The translations under genes were made by a program, and so were the position numbers. Of a DNA stretch of 49,902 nucleotides, positions 25,233-32,538 are shown piece after piece. Under the pieces are notes generated by a model that searched no databases, was not told where the DNA came from, and worked only from the letters and a program-made list of their open reading frames with translations. Source of the stretch: a virus (lineage: Duplodnaviria > Caudoviricetes); the IMG/VR virus record IMGVR_UViG_3300037478_000378, positions 1-49,902 of that record. The stretch is one strand, 5' to 3'. How positions within the stretch are numbered: the stretch's first letter is position 1; every line of letters begins with the position of its first letter.

Positions 25233-25574
25233 ATGAGTCTCAAAGACGACATCGCCAAGGCGCGCAAACGCCGACCCGTCGCCACCGGCGTCATCGACTA
25301 CTTCCCCGATGCACTGCTGGCCGTGGCCCATTGTAGCTGGGTCGGCAACGAACAGCACAACCCCGGAACCCCGCTGCACTGGGATCGCGGCAAATCGCAG
25401 GACGAAGCCGATGCGCTGATGCGTCACTTCCTCGATCGCGGAAACCTCGATGACGATGGGGTCCGGCACTCTACCAAGGTCGCGTGGCGGGCGCTCGCGT
25501 TGCTGCAGAAGGAGATCGAAGCCGAGCGGGCACACGTCCTGCGCGCGGCGAAAGAGGAGGAACCCCCACTGTGA
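25233..25574 (+). CDS. dATP/dGTP diphosphohydrolase-domain protein (DUF5664-like)
   Basis: YFPDALLAVA...GNEQHN...W...DALMRH...H-VAWRALA. Confidence 0.7.
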   Translation: MSLKDDIAKARKRRPVATGVIDYFPDALLAVAHCSWVGNEQHNPGTPLHWDRGKSQDEADALMRHFLDRGNLDDDGVRHSTKVAWRALALLQKEIEAERAHVLRAAKEEEPPL

Positions 25575-25762
25575 GATTCACCTACGAAGACGTGCAGGGC
25601 TGGTCAACCCCGCTGCTCGTCGAACGCCTCCGCACGGTAGCCGCCAACGTCTCAGCCCCGAACGCCGCCGTTCTCATGGACGAAGCGGCCGATCGGCTGG
25701 GCCGCATCACCGCGGAACTGGACGAAGTACAAGGGGCCTTGCGTGCCCTGAAGGAGCAATGA
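25571..25762 (+). CDS. Hypothetical protein
   Basis: GTGA overlap; LMDEAADRL helix. Confidence 0.6.
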   Translation: MRFTYEDVQGWSTPLLVERLRTVAANVSAPNAAVLMDEAADRLGRITAELDEVQGALRALKEQ

Positions 25763-25763
25763 C

Positions 25764-25952
25764 ATGGCGATGTTCTGGACCGGCGAGCAGATCACCGAAC
25801 CCCCCACCCCGAAAGACAGCCACACGGTCACGTTGAATCGCGACGTGGAACGGGCGATCTGGCGAGCCCGTGAGATCCGGATGGGGATGGTGGCCGTCAT
25901 CCACAACGAAGCTCGCGCCGATGCGCACGCTGCACGATCGGCTTGTCGCTAA
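25764..25952 (+). CDS. Hypothetical protein
   Basis: AAGGAG SD; 62 aa. Confidence 0.5.
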   Translation: MAMFWTGEQITEPPTPKDSHTVTLNRDVERAIWRAREIRMGMVAVIHNEARADAHAARSACR

Positions 25953-26217
25953 GATCGACGCCAATGCCGGCCCTGATGCCTGCTGGTGGTGGTGCGGCGC
26001 GTGGTCGAAGAAGGGCTGGCGCGGACACTATCGCCGGCCCTCCTTCAAGTACCGCGGGCGAGCCGTGAATCCGTTCAGGCTGCTCCTCGCGCTGTACCGA
26101 CGCCAGCCGCTCGCAGCGTTCGCAGGGTTGGACGCCGCCCACACCTGCAACAACCCGGAATGCGTCAATCCGACACACGGCGTGTGGTTGCCTCCACAGG
26201 AGAATCGGTGGTCATGA
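25921..26217 (+). CDS. HNH endonuclease (HNH_3/Zn-binding loop type)
   Basis: CWWWCGA...AAHTCNNPECVNPTH...QEN. Confidence 0.8.
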   Translation: MRTLHDRLVAKIDANAGPDACWWWCGAWSKKGWRGHYRRPSFKYRGRAVNPFRLLLALYRRQPLAAFAGLDAAHTCNNPECVNPTHGVWLPPQENRWS

Positions 26218-28910
26218 GCCCACGCATTCTCGGCGTCGGGCCGGAACCGTGCGATGTCATGTTCATCGCCGAGTTCCCCGGCAAAGACGAAGTCCGGCAG
26301 CGTGCGCCGCTGGTGGGCCGTTCCGGTCGCGAGTTCACACGGTACCTCAACGGCTACATCATCCCGCGCACGCGCCCCCAGGTCTTCCTCACCAACCTGA
26401 GCAAGCAGTTCGCCATCGACACAAAGCACTTCCAGTTCGACCAGGAAGATGAGCTCTTGCTGTGGGACGAGATCCGGCGCGTGCAGCCAAAGCTCATCGT
26501 CACGATGGGCATGCACGCCACCCGGTACTTCCTCGGCCCCGCGGTTACGTTGGAGATGGCGCACGGCATCCCCCATGCGCCTGCCGACATCGGGCCGTTC
26601 GGCGAATTGGCCGACACCGTCATCATCCCGGCGTACAACCCAGCCGCCGCGCTCCACTCGCCAAACCTCCAGGCCGTCTTCGCCTTCGACATGCGGCAGG
26701 TCGGGTTGGCCCTTCGCGGCACCCTGCCCGCGCCCCCCCGCGACCGCCTCGGCGCCGAGTGCTACCTGAGCCTGTCAGATTCGGCTGTGGGGGACTTTCT
26801 GTCCCCGGCGACTGAAGCACTGGCTCTCGACACAGAAGGCTTGCCAGGGCGGCCGTGGGGGCTCAGCGCGGCCTTCCAACCGTACTGGTCAACCGTGGTC
26901 CGGGCCGGCGACACCGCTGGACTGTCCGCTGTAGGGGACACGGCCAACCGGGTCGACGCTGTCGTGCTCCACTCGGCGCTTCATGATCTCCCCGTGCTGC
27001 GCGATTTGGGCGTCTCGGTCCCCGAGGATCGCATCCACGACACGATGGTGATGGCGTACCTGCTCGGCATCGAGCCGCAGGGCCTGAAGGCACTGGCCTA
27101 CCGCCACGCCGGCATGACCCACCAGGACTACGCCGACTTGACCCGAGAGGCCGACAACCGGCTCGCGTTCCAGTGGCTCATCGATCTGCACGACCGGCTG
27201 CCGGACGATCCGAAGCCGACGTTGCCGAAGCCAACTGCCAAGATGATCGAACGATGGGCGGCCGGCGATCCAACACTCGCCGCATCGCACGCCGAACGGT
27301 GTACCGCGTGGGCGGCGTACCAGCCCATCGAACCCGACCTGTGGTTGTACCGCGCTAAGACGCTGATCGCCAACACGCTCATCAAGGACCCCGAAGACAC
27401 CAGCCGGTCAATGCGGCAACGCTGGATGGACGGGCGAGCGCGCGAGATCCTGACCGACGAGGCCGACCACCTTGGGCCGTTCGACGCCGACCCGCCAGAG
27501 CCGACGCTGGACGATGTACCCGAAGACCAAGCCGTCCACTACTCGGCGCGGGACGCCGACGCCACGATTCGGATCTGGGTGCCGCTGAAGCGCGCCATCG
27601 ATGCGTACGAGCTGACCGACGTGTACGACGTGGACCGGGCCATCATCCCGATGATCGACCGGATGCAGACGGTGGGGCTGCTGGTCGACGTCGAGCACTT
27701 CCAGTCGCTCAGTGCGATGCTAGCGATCGAAGAACAGCTCAACCGGGAAGCCCTCTCGGCAATGGCCGGTCGCCCCATCAACCCGAACTCCGGCGACCAG
27801 GTGGCCGAACTGCTGTACGACGAACTGAAGCTGCACGAGAAGGCGCTGAACATCCGCGTGCGCCCGACCAAGAGCGGCAGTCGGCTCTCCACCAACGACA
27901 AGATCCTCGAGGCGCTAGCCCCGCTGCACCCGCTCATCGGGCTCATTCAGGACGGCCGCGAGATCCGCAAGCTGAAAGGCACGTACGCCGACGCCATCCC
28001 GAAGCTGATTCGCAGCGACGGGCGCCTGCACCCGAACTACCGCATCACCCGCACCGACACCGGGCGGCTCTCAGCGAACAAGCCCAATGTGTTGGCACTC
28101 CCGAAGCACAGCACCCGTGGCAAGTTCATTCGGGATGGCTTCATTGCGGCGCCGGGGCGTGAACTGGGCGAGTGGGATCTGGCCCAGATTGAAATGGTCG
28201 TGTTCGCCGTCGACAGCCAGGACGCCATCATGATCGAGGAGATCAAGTCGGGCATCGACAAGCACGCCTCCACGGCCGGCCGCATCTTCAAACGCGACCC
28301 GGCCATCGTGCAGGCCGAGCACCAGGCCAAACAGCAGCCCGGCAAGAAGCAGCGGTTTTCGGCGAAGGCGGTCAACTTCGGGACGCTGATGGGCATGACC
28401 GAGTTCGGCCTGACCGATCAGATGCACAAGAACGGCGACACCGACTGGACCGTCGCGCAATCCGTCGATGTACTGGAAGGCTGGCGGGATGTCTACCAAG
28501 GGGGCTGGGCGTACATCCGCGGCAAGCACGCCGAGGGGCGCCGCTACGGGTTCGTGCGCGACATGTGGGACCGGATGCGATGGCTGGAAGGGATTCGATC
28601 CGGCGATGACTACATTCGCGCCGAGGCCGAACGGATGGCCCAGGCCACACCGATCCAGTCCGGGGCGCAGGGCATCATCAAGCGGAACATGCGGGCCTTG
28701 TGGTCGCAGTTGCAGGCGTTGCGCGCGTCGGGGATCTGGGTCGAGTGTCTACTGCAGGTCCACGATGCGCTGGTGCTGGAGTACGATGAAGGGGCGCGCG
28801 ATGTCGTCGATGCGACGGTTCGCGCCGCCATGACCAAGACTGTCATCTTGCCGTTCGACGTGCCGATCGAGTGCTCGGCCGACTTCGGGCGGCGATTGGG
28901 AGAACTCTGA
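26214..28910 (+). CDS. polA: DNA polymerase family A with N-terminal UDG-like domain and 3'-5' exonuclease
   Basis: AEFPG..E...PLVGRSG (UDG family 4-like); DTEG and YSARDA exo motifs; TGRLS, DLAQIE, KAVNFG, VHD polymerase motifs. Confidence 0.92.
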   Translation: MSPRILGVGPEPCDVMFIAEFPGKDEVRQRAPLVGRSGREFTRYLNGYIIPRTRPQVFLTNLSKQFAIDTKHFQFDQEDELLLWDEIRRVQPKLIVTMGMHATRYFLGPAVTLEMAHGIPHAPADIGPFGELADTVIIPAYNPAAALHSPNLQAVFAFDMRQVGLALRGTLPAPPRDRLGAECYLSLSDSAVGDFLSPATEALALDTEGLPGRPWGLSAAFQPYWSTVVRAGDTAGLSAVGDTANRVDAVVLHSALHDLPVLRDLGVSVPEDRIHDTMVMAYLLGIEPQGLKALAYRHAGMTHQDYADLTREADNRLAFQWLIDLHDRLPDDPKPTLPKPTAKMIERWAAGDPTLAASHAERCTAWAAYQPIEPDLWLYRAKTLIANTLIKDPEDTSRSMRQRWMDGRAREILTDEADHLGPFDADPPEPTLDDVPEDQAVHYSARDADATIRIWVPLKRAIDAYELTDVYDVDRAIIPMIDRMQTVGLLVDVEHFQSLSAMLAIEEQLNREALSAMAGRPINPNSGDQVAELLYDELKLHEKALNIRVRPTKSGSRLSTNDKILEALAPLHPLIGLIQDGREIRKLKGTYADAIPKLIRSDGRLHPNYRITRTDTGRLSANKPNVLALPKHSTRGKFIRDGFIAAPGRELGEWDLAQIEMVVFAVDSQDAIMIEEIKSGIDKHASTAGRIFKRDPAIVQAEHQAKQQPGKKQRFSAKAVNFGTLMGMTEFGLTDQMHKNGDTDWTVAQSVDVLEGWRDVYQGGWAYIRGKHAEGRRYGFVRDMWDRMRWLEGIRSGDDYIRAEAERMAQATPIQSGAQGIIKRNMRALWSQLQALRASGIWVECLLQVHDALVLEYDEGARDVVDATVRAAMTKTVILPFDVPIECSADFGRRLGEL

Positions 28911-29233
28911 TGGGCCACTTCGACACCGATCCGACCACGACATTCGATGAAGACTGCAGCCGCGCCATCTCGCTCCGCGCGGAGATCGCCAAGCAGCAGG
29001 AGGAGCTGAAGCGGTACGACGAGCGAATCATGCAGGTCATCTTCGGCCGCGGCGAGACGACGCACAAGTCCACGTGGGGTTCGTGGTCGATTCAGAATCG
29101 TACCACCGACCGGCTGGACCGGGCGGCGCTGTTGGCCCACGGCGTCGACATGGACATCATCAAGGCCGCGACCAAAACCTCGGTCAGCGATCCGTTTCTG
29201 GTGTTTCGGGTACGGTGGCCGGAGCGCGAGTAG
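28910..29233 (+). CDS. Hypothetical protein
   Basis: TGATG overlap; last plus-arm gene. Confidence 0.65.
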   Translation: MGHFDTDPTTTFDEDCSRAISLRAEIAKQQEELKRYDERIMQVIFGRGETTHKSTWGSWSIQNRTTDRLDRAALLAHGVDMDIIKAATKTSVSDPFLVFRVRWPERE

Positions 29234-29441
29234 GGGTTGTGCGCGGCCGGCCGGCCCGCCGCGTGGCGAAGATGTCACGCGGCGGGTCGAGCCCCGCATC
29301 CGTCGCGAGATTGAACAGGGCCTCGCGCACCAGATTGGCATCGCTGCGAATACCGACACGATGCTTGAGCGTCGTCAACCACTGGCGCTCCTCAGCGGTG
29401 AGTTCACAGTACAGCGTACGGTAGTCAGGCCGACGCCCCAT
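29184..29441 (-). CDS. RHH-like small DNA-binding protein
   Basis: RTLYCEL...SDANLVREALFNL; RRAGRPR tail; TGATG overlap with the methylase. Confidence 0.55.
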   Translation of the reverse strand: MGRRPDYRTLYCELTAEERQWLTTLKHRVGIRSDANLVREALFNLATDAGLDPPRDIFATRRAGRPRTTPTRAPATVPETPETDR

Positions 29442-29935
29442 CACCCCTGCTCCTGCATCCACTGCGGCCACGTCCAGATCGTGTACTTCGGCGGGCGATC
29501 CTGGGCATAGAGCAGCAGCGCCAGATCCTTCGGGTACCCCGCTGTGTGTCCGACGAACCGAATGCGGCCGTTCAGCAAATGAATGTGCGCCTTCGCATGC
29601 ACCCAATCGCGCCACCAGTTCGATCCGACTGCGGCCGGCACCAGGACGGCAATCTTGGCCCCCTGCTGCGATTGCTCGTACGCGCGCTCCACCCACGGTC
29701 GAATCTTGCTGTATGGCGGATTGCACCACGCCCAGCCGTCGACCACCCACGGCATATCGAGCCCGTTGGTCTGCTCATCGTAGTAGAAGGGCACGACGGC
29801 GTTGGTCGAGTCGGCGGCGACATCCAGATCGAAGTCCGAAATCTGCAGCAAACTTCGGACAGCGGCCAAGAACCCCGGCGGCGTCTGTACGTCCTGCTTG
29901 CTGAGGCCCGGCTTCTGCGGGGGCATGGTTGCCAT
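29441..29935 (-). CDS. Phage DNA N6-adenine methyltransferase (Dam-like)
   Basis: QTPP, FDLDVAA, WCNPPYS, LVPA, GRIRF. Confidence 0.88.
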   Translation of the reverse strand: MATMPPQKPGLSKQDVQTPPGFLAAVRSLLQISDFDLDVAADSTNAVVPFYYDEQTNGLDMPWVVDGWAWCNPPYSKIRPWVERAYEQSQQGAKIAVLVPAAVGSNWWRDWVHAKAHIHLLNGRIRFVGHTAGYPKDLALLLYAQDRPPKYTIWTWPQWMQEQG

Positions 29936-30261
29936 CAGACGGACTCACCTGGGGGCGCTGTCTTCTGTGCCTGCTGGAACGCCTGCACGACCTGCTCGCT
30001 GATGGTGGCCTCGAGGCGCGCGGCGAACAGTTTGGCCGCATCGACTGTGACGGCATTCAGATCCAAGGCGCGCATCAGGTCAGCACCGTGGTTGGCCCAG
30101 AGCGCGTCGGCGGTCTTCTTGACCAGTTCATCGTGCGCGCGTCGGACCATCAGGCCAAATGCCTGCGTGCCGGATTGAACAGAGGCGAGTTCGGTGTGAT
30201 CCAGCACCGCGACGATGGCGGCGCCGGCTGGGTGGTCGGCTGTACGAAATGTGGGCACCAT
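29935..30261 (-). CDS. Hypothetical protein
   Basis: GGGAGGG SD; helical. Confidence 0.65.
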   Translation of the reverse strand: MVPTFRTADHPAGAAIVAVLDHTELASVQSGTQAFGLMVRRAHDELVKKTADALWANHGADLMRALDLNAVTVDAAKLFAARLEATISEQVVQAFQQAQKTAPPGESV

Positions 30262-30312
30262 TCCCTCCCGTCAGGAACGGTGCCCATCGTACCAGAGTGC
30301 GGCGGCGGCTGT

Positions 30313-30528
30313 CTACGTCTTCGTCTTCGCGTTCGTCTTCGCGGCCTTTGCCGCCTTGATCTGAGCGATCTGGGGTTCGGTCAGATTCGCCTCACCTTCG
30401 GCGCCCAGCCACGGGCACTCGTCTGACGGTTCTCCGAGCAAACCGCCGCAACACTTCTCCGGGTCGCTCTCGCACGGCGACACGCACGAGCCTCCGAGCA
30501 AATCCAGTCCACAGGGATGTACGGGCAT
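30313..30528 (-). CDS. 6-Cys peptide B
   Basis: AAGGAG SD, TGATG overlap; shares DEC..L...GEA.LT..Q with its neighbour. Confidence 0.65.
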   Translation of the reverse strand: MPVHPCGLDLLGGSCVSPCESDPEKCCGGLLGEPSDECPWLGAEGEANLTEPQIAQIKAAKAAKTNAKTKT

Positions 30529-30722
30529 CAGGATGTCTCCTTGTTCTTGGTTGCCGTGGCGACTTTCTGGGCCAAGGCGTCACGCTGAACGTCGGTCAGT
30601 TGTGCCTCGCCCCCCAGAAGGAACACACACTCGTCCCCGCCCGAGATGCTGCACTCGGAATCCGTCCCACCAGGCCAGGCGCACGCGCCACACCCAGAGA
30701 ATATACAACAGACATCGGCCAT
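30528..30722 (-). CDS. 6-Cys peptide A
   Basis: GGAGGT SD; MADVCCIFSGCGAC... Confidence 0.65.
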   Translation of the reverse strand: MADVCCIFSGCGACAWPGGTDSECSISGGDECVFLLGGEAQLTDVQRDALAQKVATATKNKETS

Positions 30723-30725
30723 GAC

Positions 30726-31835
30726 TTACCTCCGCGGGGACAGGGTACCACGAATGGGCAGCTTGCCCAACCAGCGCCCGTCGACTTCGCCGGTCAGGTC
30801 GAAGCCCTGGCTGCCGGCGACGTTGCCGATCGCCGTCTGAATCGTCGCAGTCCGCTCGGCAATGAGTTCGATGCGCAGGTCGGCCGCCGTACGCCCCTCG
30901 CGGAGCATATGCAGGGTTCCGATGATGGTCTGCTGGTTGTTCAAAATCGACTGCAGGGCCTGCACGATGGCGGCGACGATCTCATGATCGGAGGGGGGCG
31001 GCTCCGGTTGCGTCGGGATGTCCGGAATGTCCGGATCGGGGCCAGGCTGCTCGTCGCCGGGTACGAACACATCCGCCTCGGCCACCGTCCCCTCTGGCAT
31101 CCACGCGACCACGGCCGCCTCCCCACTCGGATCGATCACGATGCGCATCCGGCGATACATGTCCTTCACCTTGACGGCCAAAGCGTACGGGTTGCCGCGA
31201 ATCGCGTACACACGCTGAGCCCCCCGAATGTCCGACGTGCGGATCGTCTCGATGATGTGCTGTACGAAGTCACGGGCGTTGACGCCGCGGGCGACTGCCT
31301 GCGCCGGCTCGGCACCGGCCGGCTGGCCGATCAGCGAGACCTGCAATTCGTCGGTGAGGACCAACTGCTTGATGGCCTCCAGGTCCGACTGCGTGTGCCG
31401 CTCGATGTAGGTGGTCGGGTCGATCGGCGGGCGCCAGTCGCGGCGCCACTCGGCCTTCTGCTGATCGCTGGTGTTGTCGTCGGGCTGGTAGGCCGGCTCC
31501 ACGCCGCCAATGAGCCCATCGACGCTCGGCCCCTCGCGCCCGTCCAGGGCGATGTCGAAGCTGTAGCGCTCGCCGTCTTCGTCGAGCGGCGATGGCAGAT
31601 CCAGACCGCTGGCCCCGCCGTACGCCTCGAGCCCGACTTGCGAGTCGGGGAATTGCTGCTTGAGCTGCCAGACAGCGATCACGGTCGCCACGCCCGCACT
31701 CAGGCGATCCTCCGGGTTGAAAGGGGTGTCCTCGATCTCCTGAATGGTGCGAAAGCGATGACCGCACGCGATCGCAACCCGCTTGCCTTCGGTGAACGCT
31801 GCGATGTACGCCTCTCTGGGAATCGTCGTGCTCAT
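30726..31835 (-). CDS. Hypothetical protein downstream of the endolysin
   Basis: GGAG SD, ATG 31835; 369 aa with a Pro/Asp linker. Confidence 0.7.
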   Translation of the reverse strand: MSTTIPREAYIAAFTEGKRVAIACGHRFRTIQEIEDTPFNPEDRLSAGVATVIAVWQLKQQFPDSQVGLEAYGGASGLDLPSPLDEDGERYSFDIALDGREGPSVDGLIGGVEPAYQPDDNTSDQQKAEWRRDWRPPIDPTTYIERHTQSDLEAIKQLVLTDELQVSLIGQPAGAEPAQAVARGVNARDFVQHIIETIRTSDIRGAQRVYAIRGNPYALAVKVKDMYRRMRIVIDPSGEAAVVAWMPEGTVAEADVFVPGDEQPGPDPDIPDIPTQPEPPPSDHEIVAAIVQALQSILNNQQTIIGTLHMLREGRTAADLRIELIAERTATIQTAIGNVAGSQGFDLTGEVDGRWLGKLPIRGTLSPRR

Positions 31836-31836
31836 G

Positions 31837-32220
31837 TCAGTCTCCGATCTGAGGGGGGATGTACTCGAAATGCCCAAGGTCTTTCTGCCGCCAGCGCCCG
31901 CCCCACCGCAGGCCCAGCCGTTCGCCGATCGCGCCAATCCGCTGCCAGACCGGATCGCGCCCGTCCCACTGCAGCTTATCCGGCCCGTGCAGCGCGTACT
32001 GGTCGTACGGCGCGAGATCGATCGCCAGTCCGTCCAGATGCTTGCTACGCGTGGTCCAGCTCACCCCCTTGCGTACGTTCTCTGCGTGTTCGGCCGGCGT
32101 GCGCAGGGTATCGACAATCATCACGCCGATTCCCGCTTCCACGCACCGCGCCACCAGCTCGATCGCGAGCGGCTTGAAGCGTGGGTCCAAATCGTCGAGT
32201 TTGCGACTCACTGGAGGCAC
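31837..32220 (-). CDS. Endolysin, M15 (L-Ala-D-Glu) peptidase
   Basis: TLRT, SKHLDGLAID, LRWGGRW, DLGHFE. Confidence 0.9.
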   Translation of the reverse strand: MPPVSRKLDDLDPRFKPLAIELVARCVEAGIGVMIVDTLRTPAEHAENVRKGVSWTTRSKHLDGLAIDLAPYDQYALHGPDKLQWDGRDPVWQRIGAIGERLGLRWGGRWRQKDLGHFEYIPPQIGD

Positions 32221-32525
32221 CGGCTCTTTTGATCGTCCGTCGTAGCCGTGTGGAGGCAGACCAGTCGATTGAGTCGTACCTGTTCACGCTGCAACTGCAC
32301 CAATTGCTCGGTGGCGACGACATGCTGATCGATCTGCACCGCCATCCGCTCGATGCGTCCGCTGAGATCTACCGTGTTCCAGTAGATCAGGAACGCGGCA
32401 GCGGCGGTCGGCAGCCCAACGATGGTGATGAAACGCATCCACGGGGGGAGCGCTGAGATGCCCGTCCCGTTCTGATGGCGATCATCGGTGAGTACGATCG
32501 GGCCGGGGCCATTGTGCTCAGTCAT
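32208..32525 (-). CDS. Putative holin (single TM)
   Basis: FITIVGLPTAAAAFLIYW helix, immediately upstream of the endolysin. Confidence 0.55.
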   Translation of the reverse strand: MTEHNGPGPIVLTDDRHQNGTGISALPPWMRFITIVGLPTAAAAFLIYWNTVDLSGRIERMAVQIDQHVVATEQLVQLQREQVRLNRLVCLHTATTDDQKSRCLQ

Positions 32526-32538
32526 TCGTCAACCTTGA

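Noticed and set aside
23134-28910. Z-genome or deazaguanine modification pathway
   Set aside because: No PurZ, QueC/D/E, FolE or DpdA-like gene recognisable
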